This document shows, one piece after another, positions 1-7,475 of a DNA stretch of 23,904 nucleotides; position 1 is the first letter of the stretch; every line of letters starts with the position of its first letter. Under the pieces are notes generated by a model. It saw nothing but the letters and a program-made list of their open reading frames with translations. It was not told the origin of the DNA and did not search any database. The position numbers and the translations under genes are program-made. Source of the stretch: an uncultured virus (IMG/VR IMGVR_UViG_3300031952_000012) (Duplodnaviria > Heunggongvirae > Uroviricota > Caudoviricetes); the IMG/VR virus record IMGVR_UViG_3300031952_000012. One strand, given 5' to 3'.

Positions 1-324
1 GGCGAGTCTGTAGTCTTTGTTTAGACCGGGGGTGAATCGACTTGCATCATATTCGCCCGCCTCGGTCGAGTAGACAAGCGCGGATGGATACGTCGCGACA
101 TCCTCGGGCTCGCTCCAATTCTCGATGACGCGTTTCAATCTCAACTCTCGACCGCCGGGCATCTGAATTTTTATCTGACTCAGATATTCTGAGAGACCCC
201 GAGTGAGCGCCGTTCTCGTGTCGGTCTCACAGTTAGCGGTCGGCTCAATGGGCGTGGTTCGATCGGACACGAGAACCGTGCCGACCTTCGAGGAAACCAC
301 CGCGCCTGTAGGAGTTGATGTCAT
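1..324 (-). CDS. Partial (runs off the left edge) putative tail-completion/tail-terminator-like virion protein
   Basis: Not in the ORF track. Manual translation from ATG 324 (ATGA overlap with the stop of 321..854) is open to base 1: MTSTPTGAVVSSKVGTVLVSDRTTPIEPTANCETDTRTALTRGLSEYLSQIKIQMPGGRELRLKRVIENWSEPEDVATYPSALVYS... Function is inferred only from its position after the neck genes. Confidence 0.6.
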   Translation of the reverse strand, partial: MTSTPTGAVVSSKVGTVLVSDRTTPIEPTANCETDTRTALTRGLSEYLSQIKIQMPGGRELRLKRVIENWSEPEDVATYPSALVYSTEAGEYDASRFTPGLNKDYRLA

Positions 325-854
325 TTTCCGGCGAGCCTCTTTAACGTGCGGTCGATTTGATTTTTGACCTCGGTGTTGATGGCAGTCTCTATCTCAGGAA
401 GACTGTTCCTCAAAACGTAGCGCCCTTTCAAGCCGACTCTTTTGTATTTTCTCGAGAGACAATAGGCGATTCCCTTCGCCTTTGGATAGTCGACGCCGAG
501 TCTTCGCATCGCCCAAGTCGCTACCGCAATTTGCCCAATCTGAGAGATGCCTTTGCCGGGTCGTCGACCGTACTCGATGATGGGCGCGTAGGGTGCGTTA
601 TTGAAGACCTTGCCGCCCTCTGCTGTGTCGGTATATTTCCATGAGCGTTTGTACTGACCCGTATTCACCGCGCCATAGATGCCCTGTCCCGCCGTTCCAT
701 GAGCGCCGCTCGGTGCTTTCATCGTGGCTTTTTGAAGTACACGCAACGAGCGCATGCCGCCCGATTTGATTCCTCGTCGAACGGTCGGCTCGTAGTCTTT
801 GCCGAGCTCGAGCATAAACTTGGCCCATTGGCCCATGGTGACGTAGTGAGCCAT
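321..854 (-). CDS. Neck/tail-completion protein (HK97 gp10-like / virion morphogenesis family)
   Basis: Basic 177-aa protein with 'VNTGQYKRSW', 'VFNNAPYAPIIEYGRRPG' and C-terminal 'GRYVLRNS', the pattern typical of HK97-gp10-like proteins. Third gene of the neck block. Confidence 0.7.
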   Translation of the reverse strand: MAHYVTMGQWAKFMLELGKDYEPTVRRGIKSGGMRSLRVLQKATMKAPSGAHGTAGQGIYGAVNTGQYKRSWKYTDTAEGGKVFNNAPYAPIIEYGRRPGKGISQIGQIAVATWAMRRLGVDYPKAKGIAYCLSRKYKRVGLKGRYVLRNSLPEIETAINTEVKNQIDRTLKRLAGK

Positions 855-1397
855 TTATTCGGGGTCTCCTACGCGAGCTCGGTCTTCGTGAACCTTCTCG
901 AGGTGAACCATCCATTGAAGTTTGCCGGCCGCATAGTGCGGCGCCGAGCGTGGATAGAATCTTCGTCGCGGTCCCGCCTTGCCATCGGGTCGCGGAAATT
1001 CGACCTCATAAAACATCTCTTCGTCGAGCGGTATCTGTGAGCCGTCCGAATCGCGCCCCATCAAATCGTCTTCGGTAAACCGCCCGCTGATTTCGTCGAG
1101 CATCACCGCGCCGATTTCATCGAGACCGACCGGCTGAACGATCTCGGTCAGACTGATGAGGTCATGAATGCGTGGTGTCGGGAGCAACACGAGCTCGGAG
1201 ATCTCAGAGAGTGTTCCAACGCCTCTCTCGCCGCCGCTCCATTTCGCTCTGACAATGCGAACCTTATAGGGGCGCAAACCAAATTTGCTCAACAGATCTC
1301 GGAGTTGATCTGCGAGCGGGATGAATCGCCGTGCCAGTGTTTTGTTTAACTGGACGCTGGTCGGGTCGAAGAATTTTGCCATTCGCCCTCCCGGCAT
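855..1397 (-). CDS. Putative head-closure (stopper) protein
   Basis: 180 aa with a beta-rich pattern, located between the adaptor-like and gp10-like genes. Its start overlaps the upstream stop. Confidence 0.5.
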   Translation of the reverse strand: MPGGRMAKFFDPTSVQLNKTLARRFIPLADQLRDLLSKFGLRPYKVRIVRAKWSGGERGVGTLSEISELVLLPTPRIHDLISLTEIVQPVGLDEIGAVMLDEISGRFTEDDLMGRDSDGSQIPLDEEMFYEVEFPRPDGKAGPRRRFYPRSAPHYAAGKLQWMVHLEKVHEDRARVGDPE

Positions 1398-1807
1398 CAG
1401 CCGTGTCGAACAGGTATGGAGCTAACACCAGAAGTAATAAAACCTCGATAGCGATTTGAGTATGCGTAAATTGGAACGCCTAAAAGATCGGCGAGTCTGA
1501 AACCCCATCGAACATACTCGTGTTCGAGTTGGTCGGGCTCGTTGTCGCGCAAATGCAAATCGGAAAGTTGAATCGCCGCGAGACGATCTTGAGACTCGAT
1601 CAACTTCGTCTCGAGATCGTCCATCACTTTCAAAATGCGTCGTACTCTGTCGACCGCTTCTTCGATGATCAAGTTCATCGCCGACTCAACCAAAAATGCG
1701 GTTTGCATCGGGCGAGGAATGCCGAATTGAATAGACGCCGCCGCCTGAATTTCAGGATAGCCAAGGTGAAAACGACAGCGTTCTTTTTCAGCGGCATCGA
1801 GAGGCAT
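1397..1807 (-). CDS. Putative head-tail adaptor protein
   Basis: 136-aa helical protein starting 'MPLDAAEKERCRFHLGYP'. First of the three neck genes after the capsid region; RBS GAGGA upstream. Confidence 0.55.
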   Translation of the reverse strand: MPLDAAEKERCRFHLGYPEIQAAASIQFGIPRPMQTAFLVESAMNLIIEEAVDRVRRILKVMDDLETKLIESQDRLAAIQLSDLHLRDNEPDQLEHEYVRWGFRLADLLGVPIYAYSNRYRGFITSGVSSIPVRHG

Positions 1808-1821
1808 AGGTCCTCAATTGA

Positions 1822-2145
1822 TCAAGCCTGCTTTTCTAGTTTCACACCTGCGGCAAGAAGTTTTTCGATTGCTCCCGGCCCATAACTCGAATCGTCGACG
1901 AGCGTGTCCTTCGGCAAAAAAGTGATATGGCCGTTGAAGGAAACGATCTTCGCCTCGAGCACCAAATATCTTCCCGTCAATGGGGCGGGCTGCACTAGCG
2001 GTGGCTCGACAGTGGGCTCGACTTTCGGAGGTGAATCCTCTTTGAGCAGTCTGGCAATTTCAGCAGGGCTTTGCGTTTTTACAACGGGAGGCGCATAAAT
2101 TTTATTTTCCACTTTTGTCTCCTCGACCATTCGAACCTTGGCCAT
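1822..2145 (-). CDS. Small virion-associated protein following the capsid gene (Pro-rich linker plus small C-terminal domain)
   Basis: Strong RBS (GGAGG-cacaaa-ATG). 107 aa at the typical post-capsid position. Confidence 0.6.
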   Translation of the reverse strand: MAKVRMVEETKVENKIYAPPVVKTQSPAEIARLLKEDSPPKVEPTVEPPLVQPAPLTGRYLVLEAKIVSFNGHITFLPKDTLVDDSSYGPGAIEKLLAAGVKLEKQA

Positions 2146-2159
2146 TTTGTGCCTCCGTC

Positions 2160-2640
2160 AAGAGTTAAAAAAGATGACAGGAGATACGATTCGCGATTTT
2201 TCATATCCGATCTTTGGTCCCCGATCGTGGGGGAAGAATCTGAAAAACAATCGAATCGTATCCCAGGAATTATGCCGAGAGGAATCACGCTCCGAGGAGT
2301 GAGAATCTTCTATGGCGCCCCATGAGCACTGACGAGGAGTGACCGACTCCGCGTGCAAGTTCATCTGTCGATTGTTGCTCTTGCGGTTCCATGGCACGAA
2401 GCCAGGGTTTGCGAGAGCAACGGATGGGGCACGAAGCCCCGAGTTCTCGATCTTTGCGTGAGCGTCTTGGTAGATGCTCGGATCGAGATAGGCGAACTGG
2501 CTCCTACGCGGGAGCACACAAGGGTCCGAAGACCATCGCCAGGAATGCTCAACACAATGGTTGAGCAAAGGTTTGTCGACCATCAGCATGCGAACTCATT
2601 ATCCGCCCGCGCCGAATCAAACACAAAGTCGGCGCGGGCT
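2160..2640 (-). ncRNA. Candidate large structured non-coding RNA (family not recognised)
   Basis: A 509-nt gap between the capsid stop (2655) and the next ATG (2145) is filled by at least 10 hairpins. Examples: 11-bp perfect stems 2605-2615/2629-2639 and 2183-2193/2252-2262, a GGUC-UUCG-GACC tetraloop hairpin, two GGC-UUCGU-GCC hairpins and a long-range closing helix. A U-tract follows the last hairpin on the minus strand. Confidence 0.6.
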
Positions 2641-2654
2641 TAAAAGAGGGAAAT

Positions 2655-4067
2655 TTATTCGCCGTGCTGAACAACGCAAGCTCGTTTGTAACGAGCATAG
2701 TCGCCGGTGGTGACGTCCGTGCGGACGGGCCAATCGCCGATGAACTTCCAGGCGGTAGAAACCTGATCTTGCAAACGGTTCAGAGGCGCTCTGAGAATCA
2801 TCTGAATCCGCTCTGTGAAGACTTCGATTCCGTTGTTCGTAATTCTTGGCTCTGCGGTTTTGCCCGTGATGCCTGCCTCGGTGATCAGCTCATCGAGGTT
2901 GGTGTAGTACTCACGAAGCATTCCCTGCCCGACAAACAGAGCGCGGTGAACTTTGACACCCGAGGTCGCGCCGGTATTGAAGAGCTCGCCGGCGAAGGCT
3001 TCGTCGGTCGAGTAGGTCGCCGTGAGGCCGCCATCGACGGTTTCAGGAATCGGGTTTTCGGAGTTCTGGAAATACACGGTGCCGAGGAGTTGACCGATTG
3101 TGAAATCCTTATACATGTAGTAATCGGGCAAGGCGGTCAGCAAACGCTGCCATTCTGGATCCGAGAACACTTGGGCTTCAGAGGTCGGGTCGAGGTGGCA
3201 GTGATACTTCCCGTCGGGCATCGGGGGAACGTTGCTGGTTCGGAAACGCGAAATCGCGGCTCGGATATCTGAGAGGCGAAGGAGGTCGGTGCTGCCGACA
3301 TCGTCAATTTTCATGCCGCCGCCGACGCGAACCAAATAGGTTCGATCTTCGGAGACGATATACGCGCGATCGGCAACCGTGACAGCGCCGCCCGCGATTG
3401 TGATCGTGCCAGGACCGACTTCGTCACCAGCCGTAGCGGCGGAGAAGCCGACAACGGTTCGAGAGACTTCAACGCCGGCGCCAGTCGTATCCCAAATCCG
3501 AATCTTCAGCGGATTGTTTGCGCTGACCGCATCGTATCGAACGGGGCTTCCAAGCGCGAGATCGGGCCGACGTGCTTTGGTGAGTCCGTTGAGTCGCTTG
3601 ACAGAGATGGTCGTGACAGCGCCCTGCGGGCCATCGGCAACCGTGTGTCCCGATTCAGCCGCGTTGAAGAGCCGATTCCTCGGGAGGCGGTTGAGTGACT
3701 GACCGGCAGAGAGACCGAGTTGCTGGGCGTTGCGCAAAAACAAATTGGCGATCGCGACCATCGAGGTCGGCATATTCGTATCGATCGCGTCCGCATAGAG
3801 ATTCAGAGTCGAGGACCATTGCTCGCTCGTGAACGTGCTGGGGACGGGGTCGGATCCTGGAACGAGCGGCTTGGTTTTCGGCTTGATGAGCCCTGCGCCC
3901 GTGAACGTCATGCTGTCGCCGACCTGGCCTGCCCACAACTCGGCAGTCGCCTCGCCGCGGAATAACAATCGAGGGAAAAGCGCATCGTGGAAGGCACGCT
4001 CAAGGGTGTTCTCCTGAACGATTGCTCGGATTTCTGGCGATTGAACAATAATTGAAAAATCAGTCAT
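2655..4067 (-). CDS. Major capsid protein (HK97 fold, with an inserted beta-rich domain)
   Basis: 470 aa, directly after the scaffold. Capsid-like segments 'GQVGDSMTFT', 'GKYHCHLDPTSEAQVFSDPEW', 'IGQLLGTVYFQ' and 'PLNRLQDQVSTAWKF'. Confidence 0.85.
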   Translation of the reverse strand: MTDFSIIVQSPEIRAIVQENTLERAFHDALFPRLLFRGEATAELWAGQVGDSMTFTGAGLIKPKTKPLVPGSDPVPSTFTSEQWSSTLNLYADAIDTNMPTSMVAIANLFLRNAQQLGLSAGQSLNRLPRNRLFNAAESGHTVADGPQGAVTTISVKRLNGLTKARRPDLALGSPVRYDAVSANNPLKIRIWDTTGAGVEVSRTVVGFSAATAGDEVGPGTITIAGGAVTVADRAYIVSEDRTYLVRVGGGMKIDDVGSTDLLRLSDIRAAISRFRTSNVPPMPDGKYHCHLDPTSEAQVFSDPEWQRLLTALPDYYMYKDFTIGQLLGTVYFQNSENPIPETVDGGLTATYSTDEAFAGELFNTGATSGVKVHRALFVGQGMLREYYTNLDELITEAGITGKTAEPRITNNGIEVFTERIQMILRAPLNRLQDQVSTAWKFIGDWPVRTDVTTGDYARYKRACVVQHGE

Positions 4068-4071
4068 GACT

Positions 4072-4155
4072 CGTCCTCGTCTTGTGGTTTGTTAGACTTC
4101 CCCGTTTGCCGTCATCGTTCCGGCGAACCCTTGTGTGACCCGCAAGACGAAGACG
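4072..4155 (-). promoter_or_regulatory. Hairpin sequestering the capsid-gene Shine-Dalgarno
   Basis: In the mRNA, CGUCUUCGUCUUGCGG (4155-4140) pairs with CCACAAGACGAGGACG (4087-4072, contains the SD GAGGA): 15 of 16 positions pair, including one G-U. Confidence 0.55.
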
Positions 4156-4160
4156 TGCTC

Positions 4161-5018
4161 TCAAATATTAAGCTTCAATCCCTGAGAAAGAAGATGTTCT
4201 CGATACTCTTGTGGGTTCATTTTTCGAGCATCTTTTTTCCCTAGTACCGCTGCGGTTTGTGTCAGCGTTCCAGGCTTGGGCGCATTGACATTGCTGCTCC
4301 CATTTCCCGTTGTCGCCGGCCGAACCACTTCGCTAAACAAAACTGGGTGTGACTCTCTCAGACTCGAGAAGTATTTCCGTTCATCGAATTTCGCTTGGTC
4401 TTGTTCGCTCAAACTCTCGACGTGTTTGGTCAGCATCCGAATCGCGACTTCGACCGCGACATCGTCTCTGATACCAGCCGTGAACGCCGCCGCCATCAAG
4501 GCCATCTCAGCGTCTTTTGCCTCGAGGCGTTGCTCGAGATCTTTTCGAGCTCGTGACTCTTGGCTCAATCTTTGATTCTGTGACTCATAGGTCTTCTGCC
4601 ACTTGCTGCGCTCTTTGAAGAGTTGACTCGCCTCTTTGTTGCTCTCGGGTTTGCTCTTATCCGAATCCACTTTCTGAACTTCTTGTCGTGGCGGTTGCGC
4701 TTTGACTTTGCCGCTCTTGACGCCTTGAATCAGCCCCTTGAATTCATCGACGCTCGATAAGCCGAGCTCTTTTACAATTGAATCGATTGCCTCTTTGCGG
4801 CCCTTTTCGCGTGCGTCATCTTTTGCTTTTTTGAATGCGTGTTGCGGAACGATAAAATTCTTTCCGTTCCCGGTCGTCGAGAATTCCGACTGTTGCCCGT
4901 TCCCATTTTGCTTTTCCGATTGCTCGGTCGGCATCGGTGGCTGAATAGGATCGATTGATACTGGTGCGCCGAGCGGTGGTGAACCGCTTGTCTGAACCTC
5001 TTGCGTCCCATCTAGCAT
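4161..5018 (-). CDS. Capsid scaffolding protein
   Basis: 285 aa with a disordered N-terminus and a charged coiled-coil middle. Ends '...PATTGNGS...DARKMNPQEYREHL'. Lies immediately upstream of the capsid gene. Confidence 0.8.
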   Translation of the reverse strand: MLDGTQEVQTSGSPPLGAPVSIDPIQPPMPTEQSEKQNGNGQQSEFSTTGNGKNFIVPQHAFKKAKDDAREKGRKEAIDSIVKELGLSSVDEFKGLIQGVKSGKVKAQPPRQEVQKVDSDKSKPESNKEASQLFKERSKWQKTYESQNQRLSQESRARKDLEQRLEAKDAEMALMAAAFTAGIRDDVAVEVAIRMLTKHVESLSEQDQAKFDERKYFSSLRESHPVLFSEVVRPATTGNGSSNVNAPKPGTLTQTAAVLGKKDARKMNPQEYREHLLSQGLKLNI

Positions 5019-5213
5019 GTCGTGTCCTTGTCTTGGGGTATCCCGTCTGTATTCACCGACTGTTCACCGCCGTCGTCACGTATCTGCAACGACAGAATGA
5101 CCGCCGACTATTTCAGAGCGCGATTCCGCCTTTTGGGGTGATTCGGCTCTCGATAGTTTGAGAGCCTACGGTTAAACAAACGCATTGTATAAGTGTGGAT
5201 AAGCGAGCGACTC
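5019..5213 (-). promoter_or_regulatory. Structured leader / putative promoter region of the scaffold-capsid operon
   Basis: TACAAT (-10-like) at 5189-5184, a perfect TTATCCACA at 5202-5194, and hairpins ACUAU-AGAGC-CGA...UCG-GCUCU-AUAGU and GUCGUUGC...GUGACGAC before the RBS AAGGA. No convincing -35 element. Confidence 0.4.
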
Positions 5214-5633
5214 TTATACGCTGGCGAATTTTTCGGTCAGTGCAACGACAGTGTTGGGCACGTAGCGAATGACTGCGCGGGTGACTGTATTCGGGAAGGT
5301 AATCGTCTTGCCGTCGACTGAGAGAGCCGCGATTCCAACTGCCGTCGAGGCGCCGCCGGGGGGAAGAAGAGGAGTCACAGCGGAGTCGCCCGCGAGATAG
5401 GTTCCGACGCTGGCGCCGGTTCCCGAGGTGACAACACGAGCGCTCTGAACGAGCAAGGCGCCGTTGCCTGGAATCGTCACGCCGGCAACGCCTGTGATCG
5501 TGCCCGTGTCATATTCGACGGCCGTGAACATCGTGCCGAGGTCGATCTTGGCGAGCGCGTCAGAGATCTTGTTGGGGTTGGCTTCGTTCAGAACATTCTT
5601 TAGGGTCTCGACAACGGTGGTTGTAGTTGGCAT
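5214..5633 (-). CDS. Putative head decoration/cement protein
   Basis: 139 aa, Thr/Val/Gly/Ala-rich with a beta pattern; RBS AAGGAG; head module. Function is positional inference. Confidence 0.5.
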   Translation of the reverse strand: MPTTTTVVETLKNVLNEANPNKISDALAKIDLGTMFTAVEYDTGTITGVAGVTIPGNGALLVQSARVVTSGTGASVGTYLAGDSAVTPLLPPGGASTAVGIAALSVDGKTITFPNTVTRAVIRYVPNTVVALTEKFASV

Positions 5634-5653
5634 TTTTGCTCCTTAAGGATTGG

Positions 5654-6031
5654 TTACGCTTTCTCGCCCAGAAAAACTTTTACGGTTGTTGCGGTCGCCA
5701 AAACACGAGTGAGATCGATTGCCGTGATCGGAACCGTTTGCGACATCAGAATCAAAAATGAGTCGAATGGAATTGCCTGCGTCGTGCCATCCGCGCTTGT
5801 CAAACGCGCTTTAACTTTGCCGCCGAGCGCTTTCAAAATTACCACATGCGCATTGACAAGCGTTCCGAATGGAACCGCAACCGGCGTATCGACCGAGAGT
5901 GTTATGTCCGAGGGTTGTTTGCTCTTCAACGCAAGCGGCTCATCAATCGGCGTCGCCAACGAAGGGTCGAGCGACGTCAACGAGAGCGGCGTGACGGTAT
6001 AGCTGCCGGATAAAACGAATTGGTCGGCCAT
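5654..6031 (-). CDS. Putative beta-sandwich virion (decoration-like) protein
   Basis: 125 aa with alternating hydrophobic beta pattern, in the head module. Confidence 0.5.
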   Translation of the reverse strand: MADQFVLSGSYTVTPLSLTSLDPSLATPIDEPLALKSKQPSDITLSVDTPVAVPFGTLVNAHVVILKALGGKVKARLTSADGTTQAIPFDSFLILMSQTVPITAIDLTRVLATATTVKVFLGEKA

Positions 6032-6061
6032 CTCAACTCACGAAAAAAGGTTCACAGCAAA

Positions 6062-6259
6062 TCAGCCCGGGCCAATCTTAAAAGGCGAGGGGTCGGGGGC
6101 CTGCGGCAACGAAGCCTGTGGAAGTTTTGATTCGGTGTCTTTGTTGTCGGCAACTTCGTCTTTGTATTTCCCATAGCGCTCATCGAAAAGTTCGGCTGCG
6201 CTTTTCTGAGAGGCGGCACCAGCGTTTGCGAATTCGACCCAGAGGGGTTGGTCAGGCAT
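6062..6259 (-). CDS. Small hypothetical protein (C-terminal PSPF motif), paralogue of 6296..6463
   Basis: RBS AGGAG. 65 aa ending LPQAPDPSPFKIGPG. Confidence 0.65.
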   Translation of the reverse strand: MPDQPLWVEFANAGAASQKSAAELFDERYGKYKDEVADNKDTESKLPQASLPQAPDPSPFKIGPG

Positions 6260-6295
6260 TGGCGTTCTCCTATTGGTGTTTCGTGCGCCCGCTTA

Positions 6296-6463
6296 TTACT
6301 TTGTCGCGCCGAACGGTGAAGGCGGACTCGGCAAGGCTGGCGTTGTGGGGGGTGGTGGAGTTTTTACTTCCGAGTATGATCCCATCGCGGAATCGTAAAC
6401 GTTGACGACTGATTTCTGACTCGACTGCTCGGCCTGTTTTGCAAGCTCAATTGCACAAGGCAT
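6296..6463 (-). CDS. Small hypothetical protein of 55 aa (not in the ORF track)
   Basis: RBS GGGGGAGGGA, then MPCAIELAKQAEQSSQKSVVNVYDSAMGSYSEVKTPPPPTTPALPSPPSPFGATK followed by TAA TAA. Aligns with 6062..6259 (E-hydrophobic-A...SQKS...[YF]D...GxY...LP...PSPF). Confidence 0.7.
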   Translation of the reverse strand: MPCAIELAKQAEQSSQKSVVNVYDSAMGSYSEVKTPPPPTTPALPSPPSPFGATK

Positions 6464-6491
6464 GCGTTCCCTCCCCCGCTCAAATCAAAAA

Positions 6492-6710
6492 CTAAAAAGG
6501 CTTCTTCTGAAAACTGTTTTGCTTGTCGACCATCGGCGGAATGTTTTCGGCATAGTGACCGTGCGGCGCTTGCGCCATTCCCGTCGTCAGCATCTCGCCG
6601 CATTGCGAACAAATGGGCGCGTCCTGACCGAAGCCTTCTTTGGCCGTTCCGAGTTCGAGTGCTCGTGTTCGCGGTGTCCTAATCGTTTTCACGCCGGGAT
6701 GAATCGCCAT
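6492..6710 (-). CDS. Small hypothetical protein (CxxC, ends KKPF)
   Basis: RBS GAGGGG. 72 aa containing 'CSQC' and 'HGH'. Confidence 0.6.
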   Translation of the reverse strand: MAIHPGVKTIRTPRTRALELGTAKEGFGQDAPICSQCGEMLTTGMAQAPHGHYAENIPPMVDKQNSFQKKPF

Positions 6711-6719
6711 TGCGCCCCT

Positions 6720-6932
6720 CTATTTCTTGATCTCAAACGGCAGGTTACTGTGTGTCAGCGGTCGAGATTCAAAATCTTTCCATACGATCATTCCAGGTTC
6801 ACCGGGGGCGAGTTCTTTCGATGGTTGCGATACGGGGTCTTTTAACGCCGGTCGCATTTGCGCATCAAAAGGAGATTCGACAGAAACTTTTTTTGAATCT
6901 CCCGCCCCTTTGAAATTGAATTCAATTCCCAT
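6720..6932 (-). CDS. Small hypothetical protein (ends LPFEIKK)
   Basis: ATG at 6932 gives 70 aa. An alternative GTG at 6980 overlaps the upstream stop, so the start is uncertain. Confidence 0.55.
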   Translation of the reverse strand: MGIEFNFKGAGDSKKVSVESPFDAQMRPALKDPVSQPSKELAPGEPGMIVWKDFESRPLTHSNLPFEIKK

Positions 6933-6976
6933 ATCGCTGACTCTATCCACAAATACAACCAGAGCGCAAGTACTCG

Positions 6977-7399
6977 TCACGCGACTTTGCCGCCGATACG
7001 TTTGTACACGTGTGCGATCAATAGATAAGGGTCATTGTGTTTCATGCCTTCGCCCTCGGGGTCGACCGCGTCTTTGGCATCGTTCCACTTGTCTTGATCT
7101 TCTTGTTCGGTAACCCATTCGGGGAAATCGTCGAGCGCGAAATCAAATCCCTGCATCTTCTCGACGAGCTCTTCGTCGGGATTTCCATCATCGATTTTCT
7201 TTGCTTCCTCTTCGACGATGGCCGAATAATCTTTCTCTTCTTCCTGCTCGCCCTCTTCTTTTTCCTCGGGCTCATCGACCTTGGGATTCTCTTTCGCGTC
7301 CTCGTCGGCCTCAAACTTTTGTTTCGCCTTCATGGGGAATGGCGGCTTCTTTTTATTCTGCTGAATGAACGCGTTCATTTTCTTTGCAGGAATTGGCAT
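6977..7399 (-). CDS. Acidic hypothetical head-region protein
   Basis: RBS AAGGGGA. Basic N-terminus, E/D-rich middle, and a C-terminal helical motif KWNDAK...YLLIAHVYKRIGG. Confidence 0.65.
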   Translation of the reverse strand: MPIPAKKMNAFIQQNKKKPPFPMKAKQKFEADEDAKENPKVDEPEEKEEGEQEEEKDYSAIVEEEAKKIDDGNPDEELVEKMQGFDFALDDFPEWVTEQEDQDKWNDAKDAVDPEGEGMKHNDPYLLIAHVYKRIGGKVA

Positions 7400-7475
7400 T
7401 TGTTTTTCCCCTTTAACGGTCGGTCAAAAGATAACAGCGAAACGGTACACCAAAACAATCTGTCGAGACAAGAAG

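Noticed and set aside
2180..2265. Long rod hairpin resembling a retron msd
   Set aside because: No reverse transcriptase in the window and no clear a1/a2 repeats enclosing an msr-msd.
2170..2550. Several AGGA/GGA motifs on the plus strand suggesting a CsrB/Rsm-type sponge
   Set aside because: Most lie in stems rather than loops, and the loop and wobble patterns favour the minus strand.
2158..2589. 143-aa minus-strand ORF filling the post-capsid gap
   Set aside because: No clear RBS and a Ser/Arg/Pro-rich atypical composition. The DNA is dominated by inverted repeats, so an RNA explanation fits better, although coding is not strictly excluded.
2605..2639. Intrinsic terminator after the capsid gene
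   Set aside because: Strong stem but no U-tract on the minus strand. Treated as part of the structured region.
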